DNA of 60,232 nt from Lachnospiraceae bacterium UBA7188 (GCA_002490995.1 DKVC01000195.1:1-60232); one strand, 5' to 3'. Numbered from the stretch's first letter, positions 40,103-50,365 are shown. Program-made: numbers and translations. The notes: generated by a model from the sequence alone, not told the origin.

Positions 40103-40244
40103 ATGCCGTCTTTGAATTTTAAACAGGTACGGCAAATTGTTAAAAAGTCAGATTGTGGGATATGAAGCGTCTCTTATATAATACAGTGGTCATATCTGCC
40201 GAGTGGACGGATAAGGCGGTAGACGGGAAAAATTTTACAGTGGC

Positions 40245-40548
40245 CTTGCAGCTGACGGTATTTTTATTCTCCATTATATGGCATTGGAACGAGACCATGA
40301 TGTCCAATTCTTTCTTCAGCACCGGCAATAAGACCCTGGCAGTTGCGGTGCAGAATGCCAGTGACGAGAATACGGTAGCCGGTATCGTTGCCACCGGGCT
40401 TTATGAAGAGGTGGGAAGGAATCTTCAGGCAAGGCAGGGAACCGCATATGCCGCGATGCTGCTGTTCATCATACCGCCGTTGATACTGTACATTTTCACC
40501 CAGAAATATTTTGTGGAAGGCGTGGAGTCCAGCGGTATCAAGGGTTAG
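40245..40548 (+). pseudogene. C-terminal fragment of a carbohydrate ABC permease (5' limit approximate)
   Basis: IWHWNE...TLAVA...IIPPLILYIFTQKYFVEGVESSGIKG*; the EAA loop and N-terminal half are missing. Confidence 0.8.
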
Positions 40549-40960
40549 TAAAAACGGCTATGCTCCGCTGCGGAGAGCATCGGCGGAGAGGAGTCCGGCG
40601 GGCAGGCAGCCGTAAGTGGGGACTGGCATTATACGAATGTGGATTCCCTGGAGAATCCAAATGTTACCGTCTGCCTTTATTGGGATCCGAATGAATTCGA
40701 ACAGGCTGCCATCAGTGAATTTGAAGCGAAATACGGCGGAAAGGTTACGGTGGAAGTCGTCGGATGGAACAAGGGCGCAAATGCTATTATGACGGCAATG
40801 GCTACAGGGGATATTCCGGATCTGGTATTCACGGAGGGCAATGCGAGATTTCCTCTGGATGCCGCAAACGAGCTGTATCAGCCCATCGATGCTTATCTGG
40901 ATTATGATGTCTGCGACCAGGCTTCGGCAGATGCGTTCCTTTACAGGGGAGGGCATTATG
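40549..40960 (+). pseudogene. Fragment of a sugar ABC solute-binding protein
   Basis: EFEAKYGGKVTVEVVGW...MATGDIPDLVF...YQPIDAYLD; no signal peptide; similarity ends where the lyase ORF begins. Confidence 0.7.
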
Positions 40961-43900
40961 TATATATGGTTTGGCCTTGTGACCGGGGAGCCGGATGTGC
41001 AGGTTACGGTTACAGCAGGCTTTGCGGGTGGGCGAAAGCTGGAGGCGGCGTTTACCCTGGCGGAGCCGGGAGCGCATTCCTGTGACCTTGCCCTTGCGGA
41101 TTTCGATATAGAGAGGGCAAAAACGAATATCTGGCGGGAACTGGTGTGGCTGGAGATCTGCCCGGATGGAGGTAACACCAAAGCCGCATGCGGGAAAGAG
41201 GCAGATGTAGTTTCCGCGGAACTCCTCCGGGGCAGCAGCATTTCCATAGAGACGGATGTACTGGGAAAATCCGGAGATGCAGGCGAAACTGTACGGTATA
41301 GCGTCACGGTGCACAACTGTCTGGGGCATAGCCAGTGGGTGAAAGCATCCCAGGCGGTGGAGGGTTGGGAGTCCATGTATGCGACTGTCGAACCGGAGCG
41401 TTTTCTGCTGGAGCCCTATGGCTGCTGTCGGGTGGAAATTTCGGTACAGGTACATGACTACATGCCTGCAGGTGCCCATGAGAAGACGATCGTACGTTTC
41501 CTGCCCGAGTGCGGTGCAGGCGGCGCGCAGGAGGTGTCCTTCTGGACGCTGCGCAAAATGGAACACCCGTACATCTACCACACAAGGGAAAAATGGGCAG
41601 AGGTTGCGGAGAATATCCGAAAGGAAGAGGTTTTCAAACCGGGATTTGAGAAGCTGCGCCGGGACGCGGACAGCTGGGAGGTGCCGCCCATGGTTCCGTT
41701 CGGGGAGCGGGACTATTGCTGTGATACTTTTCAGGAACATTACATCATGTCCTGTGCCTATATGTATTCCATTACCGGGGAGAAACGGTATGCGGAGAAG
41801 ATTGCAGCGTTTTTTCGGCTGTTCACGGATATGGAGACAGGCTATCCGGTGAGAAAGAAGGGCTGCAGCCAGTCCTATGTGCAGGAGGGGCATTTCTTCC
41901 AGCATCTGGCGCTGGCCTATGACATGATATATGGCGCGGGGGTGCTGTCGGAGGACGAACATCGGAGAATCGAGCTCTGCTTCCGGATCTACATGGAGAT
42001 TCTGGACAGACATATCTGCTGCGGGCATATTTCCAACTGGACTCTGTCGGAATTGACCGGAGCGGTCTACTGCGCCATGGTGCTGCAGGATTTTGAGCGG
42101 ATGGAGCGTTTTCTCTTCGGGCCATGCGGCAGCTTTGAGCAGCTTTCCCACGGCGCTTTTTCCGACGGATGGTGGTATGAATGCTCGGTGGGGTACAATA
42201 TATGGGTATCCTCCATGTTCCTGCATACTGCACATGCATTGCTTCCTTTTGGGATCAATCTGATCCACAATTATTTTCCCATTTCCTACGGAAAGGAAGT
42301 GGACAGCATCAATAAGGGAGAAACGAGGGAAATCCGGCATGGAATGTACAATGAGAAATGGGGCGGTATCCGTAAGAGTTATATCCGCATCAAGGACTTG
42401 TTTGACGCGGTGATTCCTTTTCTGGACGAAAGGGGCGTGCTGTTTGGAATCAATGATTCGGATGAGAAGAAGATAGAGGGCGTGCATTTCGGTTCCACTT
42501 TTGACCTGGCGTATACTTATTATCGGGATCCGGCTTACATTCCGATTATCAGGGGGTTCGATATGGCGGATCCGGTGTTTGGCCATGCTAATTTGCTGAA
42601 AGAGGCGGCAGATACGGAAGCAGGGGCAGATGCAGAGGCGGCAGATACGGAAGCAGGGACAGATGCAGAGGCGGCAGATACGGCGGCATTGGCAAATGCA
42701 GCAGAGAGTGGGAACGCGGCGGAAAAGCATGGAAGCGGGACGAAAAAAGGCCGCAGATTCCCAAATGCCTGCTCCGACAACATCGGCATTGCCATGCTGA
42801 GAAGCCAGACGAAGGACAGGACGCCCGGGGAGCAGATTCAGGCAGTGCTGCGGTACGGCTCCCACGGGTATGCCCACGGGCATTTTGACAGGACGGAACT
42901 GCTGTCTGTCATGCGCTACGGGCGGAGCTTTTACAACCCGGAGCATCTGTGGTGGGGTTACGGGCATTTTATGTATAAGTTTTATGTGCAGAATTCCAAT
43001 ACCAAGAATATGGTAGTGGTGGACGGCAAGATGCAGATTCCGGCGGATGCCTGGAAGGTACTGTTTTACAGCGGGGAAAAGCTGCAGGCTGCCGGGGTGC
43101 GCACGGTCAGCCGGTGGGGATATCCGCCCTTTGGGGGAATGGTTTACAGGGAGGGCGAGAGCCTGGAGGAGCGCTGCGAATACAATGCCAGCGACCTGCC
43201 CTCTTATGACGCGGCGCCCTACGGGGAAATCACGGAAATCACGGAGCCCATTATTCAGACAAGGGTGATGGCGGTGCTTGACGACTACGTTGTAATATTC
43301 GATTCTTTGCAGGGAGAGCGAGAGCATCGCTATGAAAGCCTGATGCAGATTAAGGGGTTCCAATCGCTGAAGCCGGTGCAGGGAATGCCGGGAATGCAGC
43401 CGGAAACCGCCGAAGAGAAACAGGGAATGCCGACGGATGCTGCCGGGGAGCAGTCGGGCGCAGGCACAGGATATCATGGGAAAAAGAGGACAGTAAGCCC
43501 GGACGGCCATACCGGGAAGAAATCGGAAGACCCGCGCTCAGACGAGCAGTTTATCACGGACTGCTTCTGGTATGGAGCGGAGGGAGAGACGGTGGCATCT
43601 TTTGAGACCATATACGGAAAGGGTGAGGATCTCAGGGGAACAAGGAGCAGTTACAATACAGAGGGCAGCCTGCATATGAATGTCTATACCGCGTGGCCGC
43701 TGAAAACCAGGCAGTGCCTGGGGCTGGCGGCAGAAGACCTGGGGCAGAAGTACCCCTACAGCCTGAAAGTATGGGACGGCGAAAACTGCGTGGAAAGCTT
43801 CTCCGCCAATCCCTGGCTGTTGGGTGCGAGAAAGCTTGACATCGCGCTGCAGCCGGACAGCAATCGCCTGAAACTGGAAATCCATCCTAAGCCCCTGTAC

Positions 43901-44467
43901 TCGGAACAGATGTACCCCCATGATTCCGGGCAGTGTCTGTTCCTTGGAAAGGCTTTTGTGGAGCTGGAGGATGGCAGAAAGCTTTCCCTTTCCAAGATGC
44001 CGGCAAAACGAACAAATATTGACGAAGGGAAGGACATCGGAAAGGATTATCAGGGAGGACGGGTTTTGAGCGAGGGAGAAGAATATCCCGACGCCATCCC
44101 CGTCAGTGCCATAGACCACAGCAGATCGGGAGTGCTCGAATATGATCTTACGGATATCAGGGCAGTACGGCTTACGGGAGTTATCGGAGTTGACAATTTT
44201 CCCGGGGATGAAGGCCAGAGAAGGAGAACCTACGGCGTAGCGCAGAGAGCGGCTCACGGCAGATTTATCACCGTGATAGAGCCCCATGAGGGAACCGGAA
44301 AGATTGCGTCCGTGGAAGGAATGTCGGAAAACCAGGTGAGGGTCCGGTATCAGGACGGCAGCTGGCAGGAGATTCTGGCAGAAGATATGGACGGAACGCC
44401 GAAGGTGAGCCTGAGTACCTTTGCGGATGGAATCTGTGTGTATGAAAGTACGGATAAAGTGTGGTAG
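40958..44467 (+). CDS. Alginate-lyase/heparinase II/III-type polysaccharide lyase (start uncertain, possibly N-truncated)
   Basis: ISNW, DGWWYECSVGYN, GINDS, HGYAHGHFDR motifs; long open frame. Confidence 0.78.
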   Translation: MYIWFGLVTGEPDVQVTVTAGFAGGRKLEAAFTLAEPGAHSCDLALADFDIERAKTNIWRELVWLEICPDGGNTKAACGKEADVVSAELLRGSSISIETDVLGKSGDAGETVRYSVTVHNCLGHSQWVKASQAVEGWESMYATVEPERFLLEPYGCCRVEISVQVHDYMPAGAHEKTIVRFLPECGAGGAQEVSFWTLRKMEHPYIYHTREKWAEVAENIRKEEVFKPGFEKLRRDADSWEVPPMVPFGERDYCCDTFQEHYIMSCAYMYSITGEKRYAEKIAAFFRLFTDMETGYPVRKKGCSQSYVQEGHFFQHLALAYDMIYGAGVLSEDEHRRIELCFRIYMEILDRHICCGHISNWTLSELTGAVYCAMVLQDFERMERFLFGPCGSFEQLSHGAFSDGWWYECSVGYNIWVSSMFLHTAHALLPFGINLIHNYFPISYGKEVDSINKGETREIRHGMYNEKWGGIRKSYIRIKDLFDAVIPFLDERGVLFGINDSDEKKIEGVHFGSTFDLAYTYYRDPAYIPIIRGFDMADPVFGHANLLKEAADTEAGADAEAADTEAGTDAEAADTAALANAAESGNAAEKHGSGTKKGRRFPNACSDNIGIAMLRSQTKDRTPGEQIQAVLRYGSHGYAHGHFDRTELLSVMRYGRSFYNPEHLWWGYGHFMYKFYVQNSNTKNMVVVDGKMQIPADAWKVLFYSGEKLQAAGVRTVSRWGYPPFGGMVYREGESLEERCEYNASDLPSYDAAPYGEITEITEPIIQTRVMAVLDDYVVIFDSLQGEREHRYESLMQIKGFQSLKPVQGMPGMQPETAEEKQGMPTDAAGEQSGAGTGYHGKKRTVSPDGHTGKKSEDPRSDEQFITDCFWYGAEGETVASFETIYGKGEDLRGTRSSYNTEGSLHMNVYTAWPLKTRQCLGLAAEDLGQKYPYSLKVWDGENCVESFSANPWLLGARKLDIALQPDSNRLKLEIHPKPLYSEQMYPHDSGQCLFLGKAFVELEDGRKLSLSKMPAKRTNIDEGKDIGKDYQGGRVLSEGEEYPDAIPVSAIDHSRSGVLEYDLTDIRAVRLTGVIGVDNFPGDEGQRRRTYGVAQRAAHGRFITVIEPHEGTGKIASVEGMSENQVRVRYQDGSWQEILAEDMDGTPKVSLSTFADGICVYESTDKVW
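42601..42683 (+). repeat. In-frame 33-bp tandem repeat (2.5 copies, EAADTEAGADA)
   Basis: AGAGGCGGCAGATACGGAAGCAGGG(G/A)CAGATGC at 42601 and 42634, partial copy at 42667. Confidence 0.9.
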
Positions 44468-44634
44468 AACCAATTAGAGCCGGTGGCTTCGGGCGGAAGA
44501 GCAGTGTGTTTGCTGTACGTGACACACTGCTTTTCCTTTGTAAAAGGTTATGTTGGAGAAACCGAAGAAAACTGTGGAAAACTGCATCTTTGGTCTTGAC
44601 TTCCGCGTCCAGAGGTGTTAAGGTAGAAAGACAA

Positions 44635-44943
44635 AATTTCTATCACGGAATGTTCCTGGGCCTTTTAAGGGCAGAGGGAAGCTGGGCCGTAAAATCCAAC
44701 GCCGAGTCCGGAGCCGGCTATTCTGATATTCTTCTTATCATTCCGCCTGAGAAGACCGGCTGTGTCATCGAAGTGAAATACGCGGAGAACGGCGCTTTTG
44801 ACAAAGCGCTGCGTGAGGCGATGGAACAGATTGAGACTCATGAATATACCGGGCTGCTGAGACAGAAAGGCATGGAGACAATCCATAAATATGGCCTGGC
44901 CTGCTACAGGAAAACCTGCCGGGTGGCGTATGAAAAAGAATAG
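44635..44943 (+). pseudogene. C-terminal PD-(D/E)XK nuclease fragment of an AAA-ATPase-like protein
   Basis: NFYHGMFLGLL...SNAESGAGYSDI...VIEVKY...A..QI; the AAA domain is missing. Confidence 0.75.
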
Positions 44944-44976
44944 AAGCTGGGAGTGCTGTGAGAATTTCTTCCTTTT

Positions 44977-45285
44977 TTACCTGCCGGCCCAGCAGATAAC
45001 GATGATAACCGCTTCCGCGGCAAAGCGGATAATATGGTGACGGATATGGACATTCTTCTGCCGGATGCCGTTTAAAAGCGTGCCGGCAGAAATGCATATC
45101 ATTCCGGCAATCAAAATAATAATAAGGTTTTTACTGTAAAACAAATCCAAAAGCAGGTATGCCAAAGCCGACAGACATCCAATGCCTATGACGGCTGAGG
45201 ACATACTTTTTGACTTTTCCCTGCATATGGCATAGAGCATCAATCCTGCATAGAGTATCACCAGAACACTTCCCAATATTTTCAT
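44977..45285 (-). CDS. Small multi-pass membrane protein
   Basis: 102 aa with about four hydrophobic segments; coupled to the upstream HTH gene. Confidence 0.75.
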   Translation of the reverse strand: MKILGSVLVILYAGLMLYAICREKSKSMSSAVIGIGCLSALAYLLLDLFYSKNLIIILIAGMICISAGTLLNGIRQKNVHIRHHIIRFAAEAVIIVICWAGR

Positions 45286-45503
45286 TCCTGTTCTCCTTCC
45301 TTTCTTTTATATTCCAATATATCTCCCGGCTGGCAGTCCAGAACATCGCAGATTGCCTCCAGGGTTGAAAAACGGATGGCGCTGATTTTCCCCGTTTTCA
45401 TTTTGGACAGATTGACATTGGCCACGCCTACTTTTTCGGATAACTCTTTTAAGGACATTTTCCTGTCCGCCATGACCCTGTCCAATCTCATAATGATTGG
45501 CAT
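45282..45503 (-). CDS. YozG-like Cro/C1 HTH regulator
   Basis: MPIIMRLDRVMADRKMSL...IRFSTLEAIC..LDCQPGDILEY. Confidence 0.92.
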   Translation of the reverse strand: MPIIMRLDRVMADRKMSLKELSEKVGVANVNLSKMKTGKISAIRFSTLEAICDVLDCQPGDILEYKRKEGEQE

Positions 45504-45512
45504 ATCCTCACC

Positions 45513-46055
45513 TCACAAAGTTTCATCCGATTCCTGCTGCAGATCACAGCCGTAGCTGAAGATCAGGGAAATGCAGTAAATGATCAGCGCCATTACCAAT
45601 CCCGCAATATTGATTTTCCATGCCGGTTCGCCGATGGTATAATAATCCACCAATGCGTCGGAACAGCTTCCCACCATGCTTAAAACGGCAGCTATGATGG
45701 CAATTATCTTGATGCGGACAGTGTTTCGGCGTGTAAACGGCGTACAGTTCATCCGGATGTCCTTGAAAATGGCATGGACGAAGAAAATTGCAAGGGATAT
45801 CAGTACCGTATCCGCAAGCATAAAGACAAACATAATTATAAGGGAACGGGGCGCAATGCTTATGATAGTCCCGTTATTCGCCGTGACGTCAAAGGCGGCG
45901 ATAAAAGAGGATTTCGTCCCTGCTCCTGAAAACAGTAAAATACCGATTGCGGATAGCGCCAATATCATGACGATATTGGATGCGATAAAAGTAAGTTTGA
46001 GTATGAGGCATATTTTCCTGCTTATGCTGCTGATTTTCTGCTGGCTCGGTTTCAT
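45513..46055 (-). CDS. DUF2975-like membrane protein
   Basis: Four TM segments, PFT..N, IF.YG..LQQESDETL end; the usual partner upstream of YozG-like genes. Confidence 0.85.
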   Translation of the reverse strand: MKPSQQKISSISRKICLILKLTFIASNIVMILALSAIGILLFSGAGTKSSFIAAFDVTANNGTIISIAPRSLIIMFVFMLADTVLISLAIFFVHAIFKDIRMNCTPFTRRNTVRIKIIAIIAAVLSMVGSCSDALVDYYTIGEPAWKINIAGLVMALIIYCISLIFSYGCDLQQESDETL

Positions 46056-46327
46056 TTTGCACCTCCATGTCTTCTTTCTGCTGGCTCGGATCCGAAATTC
46101 TGCGCAGAACAATCCGGAACTTCCACGTTGGGACAATTATAAAGCAAAAATAAATGAAAGTCAATAATAAATTAATGATAAACATTAATTCTTGAACCCA
46201 GTTTTTGAATCCGATTTTGAAACCCAAAACTGACAGATGTATGAAAGGATAACAGAACAAATAAATTCCCGAAAATCTATGTAACGAATCGCTCACATCC
46301 GTCTCCTATATACAGGAGGTGGATATC

Positions 46328-47008
46328 ATGTGTTATCTTCAATTGGAAAATATCTCGAAAATTTATGTATCCGGAAATGAGCCGGTGGCGGCGGTATCCG
46401 ATGTGTCTTTAAGCGTGGAACAGGGAGAGTTCATTGCGGTAACGGGACCGTCCGGCTGCGGCAAGTCAACGCTTCTGCATATGATCGGCGGTCTGAGCCG
46501 GCCTTCGGGCGGCAGCGTCTATGTGGAGGGCGCATCCCTTTACCGGCAGAAAGCAGCGGATCTGGCACTGTACCGGAGGAGGAAAGTGGGGATCGTGTAT
46601 CAGTTTTACAATCTCGTTCCGGAGCTTACCGCAGGGGAAAACCTCATACTGCCTGCTCTGATGGACCGCAGGAGGATCAAAAAAGCATGGGTTGACCGGA
46701 TTCTTGAAATCCTCGGCATGGAAGACAAAAGGGACTGCTATCCGGACCAGCTCTCCGGGGGACAGCAGCAGAAGATTGCCCTGGGACGTGCGCTGGTTAC
46801 CCGGCCGCCCCTTCTGCTGGCGGACGAACCAACGGGGAATCTGGATTCCGCAAAGCGGGATGAGGTGCTGGAGCTTCTGGCGGAATTGAACGCGCGGGAG
46901 GAAATGACCGTCCTTCTGGTCACCCATGACCCCTGTGTTGCCGGAATTGCCAGGCGGAAGATACATATGGCTGACGGAAAAATTGTGAAGGATGAGGAAA
47001 CGCTATGA
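46328..47008 (+). CDS. ABC transporter ATP-binding protein (LolD/MacB-type)
   Basis: GPSGCGKST, LSGGQQQ, LLADEPTGNLD, VTHD. Confidence 0.95.
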   Translation: MCYLQLENISKIYVSGNEPVAAVSDVSLSVEQGEFIAVTGPSGCGKSTLLHMIGGLSRPSGGSVYVEGASLYRQKAADLALYRRRKVGIVYQFYNLVPELTAGENLILPALMDRRRIKKAWVDRILEILGMEDKRDCYPDQLSGGQQQKIALGRALVTRPPLLLADEPTGNLDSAKRDEVLELLAELNAREEMTVLLVTHDPCVAGIARRKIHMADGKIVKDEETL

Positions 47009-49128
47009 GAAAAGTGGATATATGGCTGGTTTTCCGTTTGATTAGGAAACAAAAGCTGCGCACTGTGACCATTTTCTGCGGAATTCTTTTTTCCTGTATT
47101 CTGCTGATAACCTTCTGCAGCTTCGGGTATGATTTCTGGGAACAGGTGCATCAGGGGGCAGGTGAGGAGGCGGAATTCGATTTCACACAGAATGTATTAA
47201 TCCTGCTGATAACGGTTCTTTTGCTGCTGATTCTTTTATGCGCGGCAATCCTGCTCCATAATCTGTTTTCCTTAACTTTTCCCAGGCGTTGGCAGAGCCT
47301 TACGCGCCTGCTTTCCCTTGGAGCGGAGCCCGGCAGCCTGGTGGGCATGGGGGTTGTGGAAACGGTGCTGCTCTATGCCGCTGCCGCCCCGGCAGGAACG
47401 GCTCTCTCCCTGGCGGCGGTTCATTGGGTGGGGACTCAGTGTCACATACCGGCATGGATGACGGCTGTGATTCTGGCAGGGATTTTTCTATTCTCCTGTG
47501 CCTGCAATCTAAGGCCCCTGCTGTCCGTCCTGCGCCAGCCGGAAATACGGTGCATACAGGGCAGAGTTCGCCTACACATGGCTTCCCGAGCTATATCTGA
47601 TATGCCTTCGGAAATACGGTGCATACAGGGCAGGGTTCACCTGCACATGGCTTCTCATGCTATATCCGATATGCCTTCGGAAATACGGTGCATACAGGGC
47701 AGGGTTCACCTGCACATGGCTTCTCGTGTTATATCCGATATGCCTTCGGAAATTAAGCGCACACAGAGCAGGGTTTATCGGCGACGAAAGCAATGCTCCT
47801 TTAACTATATCGGTCAGGAACACAGGGGAAGAATATTCGGAAGGCGGAATAGAAGGAGCGGGGGACAGACGGTAAGAAGCTTTTCCCGTTTTCTGTCCGC
47901 CAGGTACCGCCAGGCCGGCAGGGGACATTATTTCAGAACCACCGTGACCATGCTGGCCGCCATTCTGCTCTATGTTCCGGCCGGCTATCTGATTGACACC
48001 AATATTGCCGTGCAGCGTTCCGGCCTGTATGAGAAATTCGGAATTCGGTACAGCTGCTATCCAAGGGATAAAGCCCGGCTGGAGGATGCGCTGGAGGAAT
48101 ACCGCAGGCTGGCTGCTTACTGTAAAAGGGGCGATTCCATTGGGTATGCCGTCCTCGATACCACAGCCTGCGTACACACGGACGAAATCAGCGGCGAACT
48201 CCGAAGCGAACTGAAGAAGGCCGGGTGGCGTGAGAGCCCGTTTTTGTATGTGGACAGCGTCGTCTTTTTCCTGGAGGACGAAGTGTATGCTGCGTACACG
48301 GAGGAACGAAGCGTTTTGGTCAACCGATATACCAACCGGAGCAGCTGGACGGAGGAGGTGGATCTGCTTTTTGCCGGGACACCGCTGCTGAAGGAGGGAG
48401 CGGACTTGGGCGGGGTGGAGGTTTATACCTCATTTACGGATGATGGGGAGGCGGATCCTGCAGGCGGCATTGTTCCCCGTGCACTGATAGACGAAATTCC
48501 GGAAGGCCTGGATGACACAGGCAGACTGGCGCTGATCATGCCCCTCAGCCGTCTGGAGGAGTTTTGTTCTGCAGGGATTGACTATGACAGGCTTCAGGTG
48601 CAGGGAAGGTTTGCGGACAGCGATGAGGAGCAGTTTAATCGTCTGGAGCGCTGTCTGGGAGAAAATCCGGTGGGCAGGCTTGTCTACACGCGGCAGGTGC
48701 TTCGGGAATGGTATTCCTCAATGGAGGGGATTCACCGTGCCATGAACGCCGTCTGTGCCACGCTTTTTTCCATCGCTGTGCTGAATGTGTTCGGCATGAT
48801 GATTTTTCAGTACATGGAACGAAAAAGGGGGCTGGCAATCCTGTGGTCTCTCGGGCAAAGCCCCGGCGGACTTTTCAGGCTCTTGCTCCTGGAGAGAATG
48901 CACCATTTCCTGACAGCCATGCTGGTGGGCATTCCGTTATCGCTGATTCTGTGCTATTCTATTTACGGAATTTTCCGCAGGGTATGGCAGATCCCTTTTG
49001 CCCTTCCCCTGCGTCAGATTGCCCTGATTGGAGCGGCTGTGCTGATTGTTATGGGACTGACTGCAGCAGTCAACGGATATCTGATAAAACGCCAGGATTT
49101 TCTGGCAAATATAAAGGAGATCACATAG
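47005..49128 (+). CDS. FtsX-like ABC exporter permease with internal repeat insertion
   Basis: Two FtsX-like TM clusters (SLGA; ERKRGLAILWSLG); overlaps the ATPase stop. Confidence 0.8.
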   Translation: MRKVDIWLVFRLIRKQKLRTVTIFCGILFSCILLITFCSFGYDFWEQVHQGAGEEAEFDFTQNVLILLITVLLLLILLCAAILLHNLFSLTFPRRWQSLTRLLSLGAEPGSLVGMGVVETVLLYAAAAPAGTALSLAAVHWVGTQCHIPAWMTAVILAGIFLFSCACNLRPLLSVLRQPEIRCIQGRVRLHMASRAISDMPSEIRCIQGRVHLHMASHAISDMPSEIRCIQGRVHLHMASRVISDMPSEIKRTQSRVYRRRKQCSFNYIGQEHRGRIFGRRNRRSGGQTVRSFSRFLSARYRQAGRGHYFRTTVTMLAAILLYVPAGYLIDTNIAVQRSGLYEKFGIRYSCYPRDKARLEDALEEYRRLAAYCKRGDSIGYAVLDTTACVHTDEISGELRSELKKAGWRESPFLYVDSVVFFLEDEVYAAYTEERSVLVNRYTNRSSWTEEVDLLFAGTPLLKEGADLGGVEVYTSFTDDGEADPAGGIVPRALIDEIPEGLDDTGRLALIMPLSRLEEFCSAGIDYDRLQVQGRFADSDEEQFNRLERCLGENPVGRLVYTRQVLREWYSSMEGIHRAMNAVCATLFSIAVLNVFGMMIFQYMERKRGLAILWSLGQSPGGLFRLLLLERMHHFLTAMLVGIPLSLILCYSIYGIFRRVWQIPFALPLRQIALIGAAVLIVMGLTAAVNGYLIKRQDFLANIKEIT
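47541..47779 (+). repeat. In-frame 69-bp tandem repeat (about 3.5 copies, EIRCIQGRVHLHMASRAISDMPS)
   Basis: Units start at 47541, 47610, 47679 and 47748 (partial). Confidence 0.92.
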
Positions 49129-49146
49129 AGGGGAAGGAGGCATGGG

Positions 49147-49677
49147 GTGGAAACATTTGAACAAATATACGAGTATTATTTCAGGGATGTCTATAAATAT
49201 GTATTTTCTCTGTGCCGCAGCCATGAGGAGGCGGAGGAGGTTACCCAGGAAACCTTTTTCCAGGCTATGAAATCCATGTCCTCCTTCCGCGGGGAATGCA
49301 GGATGTTTGTCTGGCTCTGCCAGATTGCCAGGCATGTCTATTTCGCCCGTCTGCGGAAGGGAAAAAGGCAGTCTGCCCGGGATGTGGAGGAGGTGCTGGA
49401 GGAAGGCTCCATCCGGTCCGGGGGTTCTCTGGAACAGCGGCTTCTGGACGAGGCGGAGGCCATGGAGATTCACCGGTATCTGCACTGTCTGCCTGAGCCC
49501 TACAAAGAGGTATTCATGCTGCGTGTTTTCGGTGAGCTGAGTTTCAAAAAGATAGGACAGATTTTCGGTAAAACGGAGAACTGGGCCAGGGTTACGTATC
49601 ACCGGGGGAAACTTAAAATCATTCAGGAAACGGAAAAATCTAAAACGGAGGGGCATAATGGAAAAAATAACATGTGA
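49147..49677 (+). CDS. ECF RNA polymerase sigma factor
   Basis: AEEVTQETF, WLCQIARH, LPEPYKEVFMLR, LSFKKIG, ENWARVTYHRG. Confidence 0.92.
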   Translation: METFEQIYEYYFRDVYKYVFSLCRSHEEAEEVTQETFFQAMKSMSSFRGECRMFVWLCQIARHVYFARLRKGKRQSARDVEEVLEEGSIRSGGSLEQRLLDEAEAMEIHRYLHCLPEPYKEVFMLRVFGELSFKKIGQIFGKTENWARVTYHRGKLKIIQETEKSKTEGHNGKNNM

Positions 49678-50293
49678 AGTCATCTCGGATCTGCTTCCGC
49701 TGTACTGCGACGGGGTCTGTTCCCAGGACAGCCGCAGACTGGTGCAGGAGCATTTGGAGGACTGTCCCGGCTGCCGTGAGTTGCTGAGGCAGATGAAAGA
49801 GGAATGCCTTCTTCCCGACGGGGAGGAGAGGAAAAAGGAGGCTGCCGTGAAAGAACTGGCGTCCGTGTGGAAAAAGACGGTGAAAAGATATTTTATGCGG
49901 GGGGTGCTGATTACATTGTGTGCCTGTGCCCTTCTGGGCGGCGGCTTCTGGCTGCTGACCCGGCTTTGGCAGGTTATGGTTCCAGCAGAAAAGATGGAAT
50001 TCTCCGTGGAGGCGGTGACGGAACAGTCCGTCGAAATTTCATTGCAGGTGTTGGACGGCAAAAAGGTCTTAAGCCAGTCCCAACGGATTACAGAGGATGG
50101 AAAATATTATATTCTCATGAAACGGGGAGTCATAGCCACTGAGAACGGCGCCGGGGAAAACTGGGAAAGCACGGTGTCCATCTCCCGGACCGGCACCCTG
50201 GAATCGGGGGAGAAGATTCCCATAAGGGAGATTTATTACGGTACGGAGGGTAACTGCATCCTGATCTGGAAGGCGGACGACCAGCAGCACTGA
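49658..50293 (+). CDS. Zinc-binding (zf-HC2) membrane anti-sigma factor
   Basis: CEVISDLLPLY.D...HLEDCPGC and a single TM; overlaps the sigma gene. Confidence 0.9.
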   Translation: MEKITCEVISDLLPLYCDGVCSQDSRRLVQEHLEDCPGCRELLRQMKEECLLPDGEERKKEAAVKELASVWKKTVKRYFMRGVLITLCACALLGGGFWLLTRLWQVMVPAEKMEFSVEAVTEQSVEISLQVLDGKKVLSQSQRITEDGKYYILMKRGVIATENGAGENWESTVSISRTGTLESGEKIPIREIYYGTEGNCILIWKADDQQH

Positions 50294-50365
50294 CAACTCA
50301 GCGGAATACCGCTTTTCTTTTTCCTTTTGCGGGAATTTTGTAGGAATTTCGTTTGAGGATAGAGG

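Noticed and set aside
40829-43510. 893-aa minus-strand ORF
   Set aside because: Antisense shadow of the lyase gene, with no recognisable motifs
47541-47779. CRISPR array
   Set aside because: Whole 69-bp units repeat with no unique spacers, they lie in frame within a CDS, and no cas genes are present
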